From the IMG/VR virus record IMGVR_UViG_3300028581_000059, positions 1 through 50,657 of that record: 50,657 nt of DNA; one strand, written 5' to 3'. Position numbers and translations under genes: made by a program. This stretch comes from a virus (Duplodnaviria; Caudoviricetes). Below, piece after piece: positions 36,718-45,987 of this stretch; position 1 is the stretch's first letter; the number at the start of each line of letters is the position of its first letter. Below the pieces are notes generated by a model, which saw only the letters and a list, made by a program, of their open reading frames with translations, had not been told where the DNA came from and did not search any database.

Positions 36718-37545
36718 ATGGGAAAGAATCCCGCTTTTCAGTTTTATCCTTCTGATTGGACCCGTGACCTGGATGATCAAGACATTGAGGTTGAGGGCGC
36801 ATGGATCAGGATTATTTGCCGCCTTTGGTGGTCGGAAAAGAGGGGAGAATCGACAAAACCGCTTAGGGAATGGGCGCGGATTCTGAGAAAAACTGAACAA
36901 AAAACGAGCAAAATTTTTCAGATTTTGTTTGAAAAAGGCATCGCGTCCGGTGATGTTTTGGATAACCAAAATGTAACCATAATTTCAAGGCGTATGGTTC
37001 GAGATTATGAAATATCTCAAATAAGAAAAGCTGTTGGAAAGTTGGGCGGTAATCCAGGATTAAAGAAAATACAAGAAAATTTGGATAACCAAAATCTTAG
37101 CAAAACTGCCAGTCTTCTTCTTCAGTCTTCTACTTCAAAGAAAAACAATCATATATTAAAGATAATTTTTGAGGATGGAAAATTCAAAACCATTCCCGAT
37201 GCGCTCATGGAAAAATGGCGTGAGGTAGCTCCAGGGATAAACATACCCGCCGAATTGAAAAAAGCAGAACTTTGGTTGCTCGCTAATCCGGAAAAGCGAA
37301 GGTCAAGGTGGGGTTCATTCCTGTCAACGTGGATGGTTAGGGCGCAAGATAACTTTATAAAATATGGAGGAAATCATGGCGGAATTCGCACCACTCGCTC
37401 AGATCCACGGGATAAAAACCTACAATCGCGGGAGGACGCCGAGGTCGCCGCAATTACAGCCAGATGGGAGGCTGCTAAAAAGGCCGCCGGTGATAAAACC
37501 GGAGGAGTTTCCGGGAACGACGACACGCCGAATTTTTCGGGATGA
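36718..37545 (+). CDS. Replication initiator (DUF1376/YdaU-like)
   Basis: PAFQFYPSDW...EGAWIRII; C-terminal WLLANP...FLSTW. Confidence 0.7.
   Translation: MGKNPAFQFYPSDWTRDLDDQDIEVEGAWIRIICRLWWSEKRGESTKPLREWARILRKTEQKTSKIFQILFEKGIASGDVLDNQNVTIISRRMVRDYEISQIRKAVGKLGGNPGLKKIQENLDNQNLSKTASLLLQSSTSKKNNHILKIIFEDGKFKTIPDALMEKWREVAPGINIPAELKKAELWLLANPEKRRSRWGSFLSTWMVRAQDNFIKYGGNHGGIRTTRSDPRDKNLQSREDAEVAAITARWEAAKKAAGDKTGGVSGNDDTPNFSG
36956..37095. repeat. Two 16-bp palindromic repeats inside the initiator gene (candidate iterons)
   Basis: tttggataaccaaaat at 36957-36972 and 37080-37095. Confidence 0.55.
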
Positions 37546-37888
37546 TTCTGATATGCAAAGCATCATTGGCTATTTAACCACCTATCAGCGCCAGGGAGAT
37601 AACCGCCGATGGGATGAATTTAGAAACAAAATCCCTTCACCGCTGTTGAAACTCTGGGGAGATCTCTTGATTGAATGTAGACGGAATGGGTTTGTTGGTC
37701 CAAAAATAATTGATGGGAAAATTGTATGGTACCAGGTGATTGGCGACCACCGAGAGCAAAACGGCGACCTCTGCACCATGTGCGAACGGGATTGTATGCG
37801 CCGGGAGAGGATCGATTCCGGAGAAATGAAATATATCCGGTTGATAAATAAGGACATTCATGAACAAAAACCATGCTGGGCGGCTTAA
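37364..37888 (+). CDS. Hypothetical protein (true start probably near 37552)
   Basis: ORF after the initiator; 5' part overlaps it. Confidence 0.45.
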   Translation: MEEIMAEFAPLAQIHGIKTYNRGRTPRSPQLQPDGRLLKRPPVIKPEEFPGTTTRRIFRDDSDMQSIIGYLTTYQRQGDNRRWDEFRNKIPSPLLKLWGDLLIECRRNGFVGPKIIDGKIVWYQVIGDHREQNGDLCTMCERDCMRRERIDSGEMKYIRLINKDIHEQKPCWAA

Positions 37889-38235
37889 TGGATTGCTCTA
37901 ACTGCGCAAACTGGAACAACGGACGGGGAAAGCGAGAATGTCTGAAATGCAAGAAATATTTAGACATTCAGCGGAAAAGTATCCGGCGCGAGTCAATAAA
38001 GGCTGACCACATCCCGGACGCGATTTTAGAAAACATAGCAGATCCCCGGACGCGGACCCTACTGGATATCATACAACAATTACCGATAATATACGCCGTA
38101 CCTCTGATGATGCGCGTCGTTTTACGGATGAGCTACCAGGAGATTGCGGATTATCATCACGAGCAATTTTCGCCCATGTATCGGCGCATGTCACACGCGA
38201 TTGAGATAATTAAAAAATCTCTGGCCGATGGGTAA
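37873..38235 (+). CDS. Sigma70 region 4-like transcriptional regulator with N-terminal Cys cluster
   Basis: MSYQEIAD...MYRRMSHAIEIIK. Confidence 0.6.
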   Translation: MLGGLMDCSNCANWNNGRGKRECLKCKKYLDIQRKSIRRESIKADHIPDAILENIADPRTRTLLDIIQQLPIIYAVPLMMRVVLRMSYQEIADYHHEQFSPMYRRMSHAIEIIKKSLADG

Positions 38236-38236
38236 T

Positions 38237-38270
38237 AAAAAACCCGCCCTTGACAAGCGGCGGGTTATTT
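38237..38270. terminator. Bidirectional terminator
   Basis: aacccgcc...ggcgggtt stem with A/T flanks between convergent operons. Confidence 0.6.
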
Positions 38271-38364
38271 GCTATTTGCGATTTGCGGCGGTTAGACGGC
38301 CAAGATAACGTAGTACGCCAGTATTACAATGCACAAGGCCCAGACCGCCGCGCTTTTTACGATC

Positions 38365-38574
38365 TCATGTGTCATTGGATTCACCCCCTTTCGCTGGATT
38401 TAATAGTTTAACCTCAGTTTTGACGCGGGTAATCTCCCGGTAACGCGGGCCGTGATAACCTAATAAATAATTATTCCCCCGATCCTCCAATATAACCCCG
38501 CCCCGCAGTTTCCCGTCGGCGTGAAATTCACACAAGCATCCGGTATCATAGTTTTTATGCTCTTTCATCTTCAT
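38365..38574 (-). CDS. Hypothetical protein
   Basis: GGGGG RBS. Confidence 0.45.
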   Translation of the reverse strand: MKMKEHKNYDTGCLCEFHADGKLRGGVILEDRGNNYLLGYHGPRYREITRVKTEVKLLNPAKGGESNDT

Positions 38575-38700
38575 TCCCCCTTTTCTCCGGCTTCACCGGG
38601 TTCGGTTTCTCATAACGATAGCTCTTACATTTTGGGCAACACAGCGGTTTGGTTTCAATCCGTGGCGTCCACTCGTGATTGCATTTCAGGCATTTGTATT

Positions 38701-38943
38701 TCATGTCATCCCCCCCCCTTCTGCCTTAGCGATGGCGGCGCGTAGTTTTTCATTCAACGGAAAAACAGCGGGATCGCTCTGGCAATAGATAAGCGCCGCC
38801 TTGCATGCCTCCAGCAGCTCCGGCGCGGCGGCGATCAGCATTCCGAGCGATTTATTTTCACTGTCCATTGTGGCAAGCGTTTGCCCCTCCTCATTATAAA
38901 TCATTCCCTCTTTCCAATATAACGGTGTGTGCTGTGTGTTCAT
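38701..38943 (-). CDS. Phage protein with LIAAAPELL motif
   Basis: MNTQHTP...LIAAAPELLEACK. Confidence 0.65.
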   Translation of the reverse strand: MNTQHTPLYWKEGMIYNEEGQTLATMDSENKSLGMLIAAAPELLEACKAALIYCQSDPAVFPLNEKLRAAIAKAEGGGMT

Positions 38944-38975
38944 AACATCCTCTTTCTCCGCGTGTCCATGCGCGG

Positions 38976-39443
38976 TCACAATACATATTGTTTTATTTGA
39001 TGTAATTCTTCTCTTGCCGCTCCCAACATATCCTGTCTTTCGGTTGAACTTATTGTTTTATCTAAATATTGTTTCACTGCCTCAGACCAAATAGCATAAT
39101 CCCTCGATTTCTTTCCTTGTAATGGGTGGGTATCTAAAACTTTGATAATATGCGGAAGATGTTCATGGGTCCTCCATATACACTCAATGGTTGGTTTAGA
39201 CCAACTTCCATATTTTGACGGTTTTCGTGGTGTGCGTCTATAACAATAACCAGTTGATTCAAAAGCTTTCTGTAATGTTTTTATACTCGCTTCATCGTCG
39301 TCCCTGAGATGTACCGACAATTTTGGAGCATAATAAAAATCGGGTCCGTTTATGCTTTTGTGGTTGTTTTTGCGTTTCTCGATTGTAAACGATCCCTCTC
39401 CATCAATAAAACCGGCCGCCCATGATTTTAAATGATTAACCAT
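38976..39443 (-). CDS. Free-standing LAGLIDADG endonuclease
   Basis: WAAGFIDGEGSF; HPLQGKKSRDYAIW. Confidence 0.88.
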   Translation of the reverse strand: MVNHLKSWAAGFIDGEGSFTIEKRKNNHKSINGPDFYYAPKLSVHLRDDDEASIKTLQKAFESTGYCYRRTPRKPSKYGSWSKPTIECIWRTHEHLPHIIKVLDTHPLQGKKSRDYAIWSEAVKQYLDKTISSTERQDMLGAAREELHQIKQYVL

Positions 39444-39464
39444 TTCAATATCCTCCTTTCTTTT

Positions 39465-39493
39465 ATTGTAACCATTACGGGCCGTAATGTCAA
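39465..39493 (-). promoter_or_regulatory. Sigma70 promoter of the LAGLIDADG gene
   Basis: TTGACA-N17-TACAAT on the minus strand, then AAGGAGG. Confidence 0.75.
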
Positions 39494-39521
39494 GCCCGTA
39501 ATATGCGCGGCCCGGTAAAGG

Positions 39522-40106
39522 TTAGGCGACTTTCTCTTCTGTCTTTTCGGTGTTGTAAATCTCAAGCCGCGCCTTCAAGATTTTATCCTGAACGAAGGGG
39601 AGTATCTCCGCCCAGCCATACCGCCACATTTGCCCGCAATGGCGGCACCTGACAACCGGGAGAACGTCCCCGTTTTCAAGATTCTTGATATGGGCCAGCT
39701 CGTAAAACCACGACCGACCATTAAAGAAAGCCTTGAAATCTTCGGTGCTTTCCGGCAGCTTTTCCCCATGATAGCATTTAACATTGACAAGCAATCCGCC
39801 GGGGTGTGTCATTTGCATGGTTCCCGGATCGTCAATCGTTTCCTTGTCGCTGAAATCATCGGCCCCATATTTTCCATCTTTGTAAAGCCTCAATCCCCGG
39901 CTGTGGTCGTTATATTCTCCGATTTGCACAGCGTCTTCATCCGGGAAAGGAATCCGCCAAAACAGATTCTTTTCCCGCGATGCGTCAAGGCTGTTCGGGA
40001 TTTTCTTGACCTTGTTTCGATCTTCATACCTCAAATAATACATGGACTCACACGTTCCGATTTTAACCTCTACTCCGTCGCTTTTTCTCTTTGCATATTC
40101 TCCCAT
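39522..40106 (-). CDS. Hypothetical phage protein
   Basis: RBS; VKIGTCESMYYLR. Confidence 0.65.
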   Translation of the reverse strand: MGEYAKRKSDGVEVKIGTCESMYYLRYEDRNKVKKIPNSLDASREKNLFWRIPFPDEDAVQIGEYNDHSRGLRLYKDGKYGADDFSDKETIDDPGTMQMTHPGGLLVNVKCYHGEKLPESTEDFKAFFNGRSWFYELAHIKNLENGDVLPVVRCRHCGQMWRYGWAEILPFVQDKILKARLEIYNTEKTEEKVA

Positions 40107-40154
40107 GATTCCCCTCTACTTTCTCCCCGTCGTGCCGATAGGCCAGCGTGTTTT

Positions 40155-40379
40155 TTAGAATTTCCCCAAGTTTATTGCTTCCTGTCTCCCTTCCTCTGAT
40201 AATGGCCTCCATTCTGCTGCCACGTCTTTCAGTGCCGCATAAGTCAGCACCTTTACACTGTAATCACTCTCGGCGTTAAGTGCCCCCGAATTTGCGAGGT
40301 GCAAAATAGCATGTTTCAACATGGTGTTAATGAGTTTACGATTTACCAGCGCCTTTTTTATCATCTGATTTTTAGTCAT
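40155..40379 (-). CDS. Hypothetical protein
   Basis: AGGAGG RBS. Confidence 0.55.
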   Translation of the reverse strand: MTKNQMIKKALVNRKLINTMLKHAILHLANSGALNAESDYSVKVLTYAALKDVAAEWRPLSEEGRQEAINLGKF

Positions 40380-40466
40380 CGCCCTTCCTCCTTGCCTTGC
40401 GGCGGTTTGTGGTTTATGTTTCTAATCCGTTCACCCCGCGCCCCAGGAGGACGCAGAGTCAAGGGA

Positions 40467-40982
40467 CTAAGCTACTGTTTTATTCTGAAGGTCGAATAAC
40501 ATAACCTTTAATTTCGTTACTTCGGCTGTGAGTTTGTTTTTTTCTGAGTCAACTTGCATCCAATCGCGCCGGGATTGTGACAAAGCCTCCCGAACCTCTG
40601 CCATATATGCTTTGTTTTCTCCAATGGTGCGGTCGCGTGTTTCCAGTTCATTCTGATATGCAACGGCCAGCTCTTCCATTCGTTTTGTCTGGAATTCAAG
40701 AGAGGATTGAGATTTGGATATTTCCACTGATAAATTACGGTTTGTCTCTATTTCCGCTTGATACTCCATGAAGAGATCCGTGCTGAAATCATCATGCACC
40801 TTATTATTGAACCATTCCACCACGTTTTCCGTGAACAACATGGACAGATACGTTTGCGTCCCCTTAAACCTATTAGTGATTCGGTTCAAGATTTCAATCT
40901 CTTCGCTTTTCCCGGTCTGTGAATTGATCCCGCTCGGCGCTTCAATCGTTACTTCGATTATGTCTGTTTGGTGCTTTGTCAT
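40467..40982 (-). CDS. Coiled-coil hypothetical protein, first gene of the sigma54 operon
   Basis: GGAGG RBS before MTKHQ. Confidence 0.6.
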   Translation of the reverse strand: MTKHQTDIIEVTIEAPSGINSQTGKSEEIEILNRITNRFKGTQTYLSMLFTENVVEWFNNKVHDDFSTDLFMEYQAEIETNRNLSVEISKSQSSLEFQTKRMEELAVAYQNELETRDRTIGENKAYMAEVREALSQSRRDWMQVDSEKNKLTAEVTKLKVMLFDLQNKTVA

Positions 40983-41025
40983 GGTCTGTGCCTCCTGTTT
41001 ATTTTGTTTCGTTGCCTTTATATAG

Positions 41026-41041
41026 AGCATACATCGTGCCA
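41026..41041 (-). promoter_or_regulatory. Sigma54 (-24/-12) promoter
   Basis: TGGCACGATGTATGCT with exact GG-N10-GC spacing. Confidence 0.75.
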
Positions 41042-41136
41042 TATTATGATAATCCTCAGAATATCTTACAACTGCATAAAATCATAAAGGATATATTTTT
41101 ACAATCAAAACTCATAGGCCCAGGAACATAATATCA

Positions 41137-41239
41137 ATCGGACCCCGAAAGTCCGATAAACGATACATAATGAATATGAATATGATGAATATGATAATAA
41201 ATCATATGGTTACACGATACCGGACCTCGGGAGTCCGAT
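41137..41239. promoter_or_regulatory. Two CGGAC-N7-GTCCG palindromes (candidate upstream activator sites)
   Basis: 41137-41157 and 41219-41239 in an AT-rich intergenic region. Confidence 0.55.
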
Positions 41240-41376
41240 AGGAATCAAGAGTTCTTATTATTATCATAATCACAACCAAACTGAATGAAAAAAAATAAAT
41301 ATTTGCCGGGATATCAAACCATTAGAGCAAAAACATGTAAACGCGAAGCTACAATATAAGTAAGGGGGATAATTTT

Positions 41377-41793
41377 ATGGGGAATTGGAAACGGTCATTT
41401 CGGGCGGTTCCGGTCAAATCGGATGAAGCTGATTTGTGCGTCCTGTATCCGCGCTTTCCAAGCGAGTTTGACATTCAAACAGAGCTTTACGGGGAGCTGT
41501 CTTATTTATGTTATTGCCTGGACAATGGGAGCGAGATCAAAAGCGAAGTAACTGCCTATTACGACAAGATAAAATCAAGATTTGATTTGATGATTTTTAA
41601 GGATCGCATCCCCGTTTGTGCGGTCGAGGTTAAGCGATATCTGGATAGGTCGGAGAATAAAGAACATCATCAATATAAACAAAAGATAAAATACGAAATG
41701 TTTGCAAGGGCTTCTGGCATTCCCGTGTTGTATTGCACGGGAACGAAAGACGTTAAGGATATCGTCAAAAAGGTTACGGATATCATCACTTGA
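41377..41793 (+). CDS. PD-(D/E)XK nuclease-fold protein
   Basis: SE...RFDLMIF...AVEVK. Confidence 0.65.
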   Translation: MGNWKRSFRAVPVKSDEADLCVLYPRFPSEFDIQTELYGELSYLCYCLDNGSEIKSEVTAYYDKIKSRFDLMIFKDRIPVCAVEVKRYLDRSENKEHHQYKQKIKYEMFARASGIPVLYCTGTKDVKDIVKKVTDIIT

Positions 41794-42224
41794 TCAATAG
41801 GCTATGGAAACCATCACCACGAGAGCCCGAGCGTAAGCGTCGCTCTGGCGTGGTATGCCCAAAGGACGGTCACGACCTGGCTGTCTGTGCAAGTTGCGCT
41901 AACAAAGGGCATTGTGAAAACCCATGTAGTCCCTTAAAGTGGATCAATGGCGACAAACCACTAAAAGAAAAAATCCTCGATGAACCAATAGACGATTTTG
42001 AACGCCCTGATTACAACGTCGCCCTGTATGAGCTATCCCAAACCTCCACTTCGTCGGATAGGATCGAGGAAATAATCAAAGTCAAGGATTTTCGCCGCCG
42101 CGCTATCTGTTCGATGATTGCCGTCCAGATCCCCCGCGCAAACATCGCCGCACTTCTCGGCATTACCCGACAGCATCTTCACAGATTGATCGAGCCGATG
42201 TTACGTGGTAAAAACGGCGATTAA
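41790..42224 (+). CDS. HTH regulator with Cys cluster (possible late activator)
   Basis: CASCANKGHCENPC; C-terminal RANIAALLGITRQHLHRL. Confidence 0.6.
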   Translation: MINRLWKPSPREPERKRRSGVVCPKDGHDLAVCASCANKGHCENPCSPLKWINGDKPLKEKILDEPIDDFERPDYNVALYELSQTSTSSDRIEEIIKVKDFRRRAICSMIAVQIPRANIAALLGITRQHLHRLIEPMLRGKNGD

Positions 42225-42934
42225 CCCATAATAACGCACTACTTACAAAGATTTTAGAAGAAAAAATGTTACATTCTTACCATATATAAAGAGTAGAAGA
42301 TAAGTACCGCCCTGCCGGAGGCCGACCTCCAGCTCGTACGCCGTGAGGCGATAGAGCGGCATACCAGGGCCAAACAATACGGGGGCAGTAGCTAAAATGA
42401 TAACAGCGCCGACCGGCATCACGCCCGACGACAAACCAACAACAAGCCACGCCCCCAAAAAACAAGGCAACAAGGCAATACTCTACCAAAACGATAGCCA
42501 AACAAGGGTTGACCAAGTGGATACATTCTATCCAGGTGGATACAAAGTATCCAGGTAAGGAAGTGACCGGACATTAGAGCAGAGATGGCGACAACCGACA
42601 GACCAAAGGGCATGAGAGGACTGGTTACAGCACACACCGCCACCGGGTACGCCCCCGCCTCCAGGGTGCAGGGATCGGGAGGCAGGACCGACCCCTCAGC
42701 CTGTGGATAACTCGATAAATAGTATGATATGTGTATGTCATAATGCGTACAAATAGAGCAATACATAATGATATTGATAGCATAGATGATAAGCGATGGT
42801 TTACATATCGCATGTTATCAGACATTGGATCATTTACAGCCAGAGGGGGGAGGGGGAGCCGGTCGAGGGTGGGGCTGGTCCAGTAACAGATTCCTTTGAC
42901 GCTTCACACGGAAAATGGTGGAAAAAAAAGAACC

Positions 42935-43009
42935 ATGAAGAAATGTTCTAAGTGTGGAATTGAAAGGGTAGATAAACCGTTTCAACCGTCATTATTGATA
43001 GGGTGTTGA
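42935..43009 (+). pseudogene. Internally deleted HNH gene remnant
   Basis: MKKCSKCGIERVDKPFQPSLLIGC*; KPFQPSL also ends the HNH at 36035-36634. Confidence 0.55.
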
Positions 43010-43072
43010 TTGGGTCCCATCTTCGTAGGGACTGTATTTCCCGGAAAAAATAGAAAGGCGTGGGAGTTTAGG

Positions 43073-43585
43073 ATGGGTGTTGCAAAAGAGGAGACGTTGC
43101 GGGCAAAGACATTGCACCAGACCTGCACGAGACGGGACACGGCCATCATGGAAAAGCGACTTGAAGGCAAGCCTCTCCGGAAAATAGCCCAAGAAATCAC
43201 ACAGGAGACTGGGGAGCCGATTACATATCAGGGTGTGTCTAAGGTATTGCACAGGGACGATATAAAACCCATTATGGAGGCGCAGTATCTAAAGATTATC
43301 GGGGTTCTCCCGGAAGTTACAGATCGCATAATTGCCAAATCACGCGCCCTCGACAAGAGGATGGACGACAAAGTAAATCAAACTATCTGTTGGGAGGCTA
43401 ATAAGCTCCTTGCTCAGACCGGGGGGACCATGATCGCCCCGAATCAGACCAATATTCACGCAACATTCATAACTCAGACCAACAATGTCATTCCCCCGAT
43501 GATTGCAGACCTTATGGCGAAGTATTTTGGGGACATAATTGATGTAAAGCCGATTGAAATAACAGAAAGAGAGGCGGGTGCATGA
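43073..43585 (+). CDS. Putative terminase small subunit
   Basis: N-terminal HTH; upstream of TerL. Confidence 0.55.
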   Translation: MGVAKEETLRAKTLHQTCTRRDTAIMEKRLEGKPLRKIAQEITQETGEPITYQGVSKVLHRDDIKPIMEAQYLKIIGVLPEVTDRIIAKSRALDKRMDDKVNQTICWEANKLLAQTGGTMIAPNQTNIHATFITQTNNVIPPMIADLMAKYFGDIIDVKPIEITEREAGA

Positions 43586-43731
43586 GTCCACTAACCAAGA
43601 AGGGGACCAAAATCCTGAATAGTATGCGGAAGTCCTACGGCACTAAGGCCGAAGAGGTATTTTATGCCTCTGTGAACTCCGGGAAGATCAAGGGAGTGCA
43701 TAAAAAGAAAAAAATAAAGAAGTCGAAATAG
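43582..43731 (+). CDS. Small basic phage protein
   Basis: MSPLTKKGTKILNSMRKSYG...VFYASVNSGKIKGVH, 49 aa. Confidence 0.6.
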   Translation: MSPLTKKGTKILNSMRKSYGTKAEEVFYASVNSGKIKGVHKKKKIKKSK

Positions 43732-43740
43732 GAGATTTCT

Positions 43741-44205
43741 ATGGCTCGGTACTGTAAGACTGGAATCGCCCGTGACGGACACGGAAACATCATTTCAAGC
43801 GCTACGGTATCTGTATATCTTGCCGGGACGACGACTGCCGCAAGTGTTTATGCGGCTTCGGCGGGAGGCACGGCCGTCAATTCCGTTACTTCGGGAACAG
43901 ACGGGTCATTTACGATGTTCTTTGATGATACAGACTATTACCAGTCTCAATTATTCAAACTGGTCATGTCCAAGTCCGGATTTACGAGCACCACTTACGA
44001 CAATGTGATCGCGTTTCCCTTGGGGTCACTTACGATCGTAGCAACAGTGCCTTCTAATGCCGTTGGCAGTAACGGAGACTTTGTAATTATTGAAGCCTCT
44101 GGCGTTCATCATCTGGCGTGGAAGGCCGGGGGGATCTGGTACACAACCGTTGGGGGAACGACTGAAGGATCCGCCGGGGCGTACACCTGGGAATCGAGTA
44201 TATGA
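43741..44205 (+). CDS. Virion protein with tailspike head-binding/Ig-like domain
   Basis: DGHGNIISSATVSVYLAGTTTAASVY...DGSF. Confidence 0.55.
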   Translation: MARYCKTGIARDGHGNIISSATVSVYLAGTTTAASVYAASAGGTAVNSVTSGTDGSFTMFFDDTDYYQSQLFKLVMSKSGFTSTTYDNVIAFPLGSLTIVATVPSNAVGSNGDFVIIEASGVHHLAWKAGGIWYTTVGGTTEGSAGAYTWESSI

Positions 44206-45836
44206 GTACTGCAAGGGATGACATCAAAGATATTGGTGATTGGGTCGGCTTATTTAGTTACATACCTACCCAGTTTTTCAAGTGGTTACTGACGAGTCCC
44301 TGTAAGATAACGTGCCTCTTTTTTGGAAATCAGACCGGTAAGACGGAATGTGTGGCGATGGATCAGATATTTTCTATACTGGGTATGCACCCAAATGTAA
44401 ATAAACGGATCAAACCAGAAGATACAATTCGGACTATTCGTTTTGCATCCCAAACACTTCCCGGAGAAAAAGAGGAAGTCGAGGTAAAAAATACTCAGTA
44501 TCCTGCTTTTAAGAGACGATTCCCCCAACACATGATTGAAAAGGAGATTACAAGTCGGAAACCTACCCTTACCGTAAAGACTCCCGAAGGCGGCAACGTG
44601 CAGGTAGAATTCGTAAGTTTTTCTCAGGAAACCCAGTCTGGGGCCGGAGTGCAACGGAAAAGGATCTGGATTGATGAGGAGTCTTCGCGTGATTTCTATG
44701 AAGAACAGATTCCAAGACTACTGGCAGCGGACGGGGATATAATTTTTACCTTCACCCCGGTTCCGGGAGCGATTGGATGGGAATTTGACGAACTGTACGA
44801 AAGGGCGAGGATCATCTATCGCACCCCTGCGGTACGGGCGAGAATCAAAGAACGCCACGGAGAGGACTACCCCGAATGTCAGATAACCGACAGCAAGGAC
44901 GACATCTGCGTTATCATGGCCGCGACGGATGATAACCCGATCTATGAGGAGATTGCCAAAAAGAGGAGTGAGCAGACCGGAAAGGTAATAACCGCCAAGG
45001 AATACATCGACTCCATGTTCGATATGTTTGACGATGAGGACGTGGTTGATGCAAGGCGTTATGGCTTATTTCGGCAATTATCAGGCAAGATATACAAATC
45101 ATTCAGTTCTACACAGGTAATCAAACCCGAGACGTATTTCCCGGACGGTATCCCGCACGATTGGAAACACTATCGGGGCATCGACTACCATCAGTCTAAT
45201 CCTTGGGCCTGTGTATGGCTCTCCCTTTCGCCACAGGACGAGATTTTCGTTTGGGAGGACTATGCCCCGTCTCCGCAGAGAATGATCACCTACGACATCG
45301 CAGAGAACATTGCGTCAAGAAGCCGGGACTTCCGATACGTCTTTAATATGATCGACCCGAACGCGAGCAACCGGCAACCAAATACGAACCTTACGACCAT
45401 TGACGATCTAAACCGATACTTCAAGGAATTTCGGGATAGGGAGATTTGTTCAGGGGGGAGTTGGCAGGGATGGGACACGCACGGGGGCCGGGGCCGGGAG
45501 GAACTTACGAAACGCCTCATTAACTCCGTCAAGGTAGGGAAGCCGTTCAATAACAAAGTGGTGATGGAAGGCCGTGCAGTATTCCTGCCGACAATCTGGA
45601 TATTCCAGAACTGCAAAAACGTGATCGAGAGTATGAAAAACTGGCGGCTTGAACAGTGGGCCTCCAGGGAATCCCTTGCAAAGAACGATCCAAGAGAGAA
45701 ATCGCAAATGCGATGGTCTCATTTTCCGATTTGTATTGAATGTCTATTAAAATCCCCTCTACTCTCTTTGGCTAAGTGGGGGAACCTTTGCGGGACACCG
45801 CTTCGCCCGAAAATGTACGCAACCGGGAGATTATAA
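44202..45836 (+). CDS. terL: Terminase large subunit
   Basis: GNQTGKT, IWIDEE, FTFTP, GIDYH nuclease motif. Confidence 0.92.
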   Translation: MSTARDDIKDIGDWVGLFSYIPTQFFKWLLTSPCKITCLFFGNQTGKTECVAMDQIFSILGMHPNVNKRIKPEDTIRTIRFASQTLPGEKEEVEVKNTQYPAFKRRFPQHMIEKEITSRKPTLTVKTPEGGNVQVEFVSFSQETQSGAGVQRKRIWIDEESSRDFYEEQIPRLLAADGDIIFTFTPVPGAIGWEFDELYERARIIYRTPAVRARIKERHGEDYPECQITDSKDDICVIMAATDDNPIYEEIAKKRSEQTGKVITAKEYIDSMFDMFDDEDVVDARRYGLFRQLSGKIYKSFSSTQVIKPETYFPDGIPHDWKHYRGIDYHQSNPWACVWLSLSPQDEIFVWEDYAPSPQRMITYDIAENIASRSRDFRYVFNMIDPNASNRQPNTNLTTIDDLNRYFKEFRDREICSGGSWQGWDTHGGRGREELTKRLINSVKVGKPFNNKVVMEGRAVFLPTIWIFQNCKNVIESMKNWRLEQWASRESLAKNDPREKSQMRWSHFPICIECLLKSPLLSLAKWGNLCGTPLRPKMYATGRL

Positions 45837-45837
45837 C

Positions 45838-45987
45838 ATGCCCCTTTATGCACGATATTGCAAGACTTGTAAAAAGATGTACGAGGTCATACTTCCGGTG
45901 GCTAACTACGGCAAGAGGGTAAAATGTCCGCACTGCAAGCAGTTACTTGAAAAGGTTTTGACCCCATTGAAGTTTAAGGTGAATTGA
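45838..45987 (+). CDS. FmdB-like zinc-ribbon protein
   Basis: MPLYARYCKTC...CPHC, 49 aa. Confidence 0.65.
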   Translation: MPLYARYCKTCKKMYEVILPVANYGKRVKCPHCKQLLEKVLTPLKFKVN

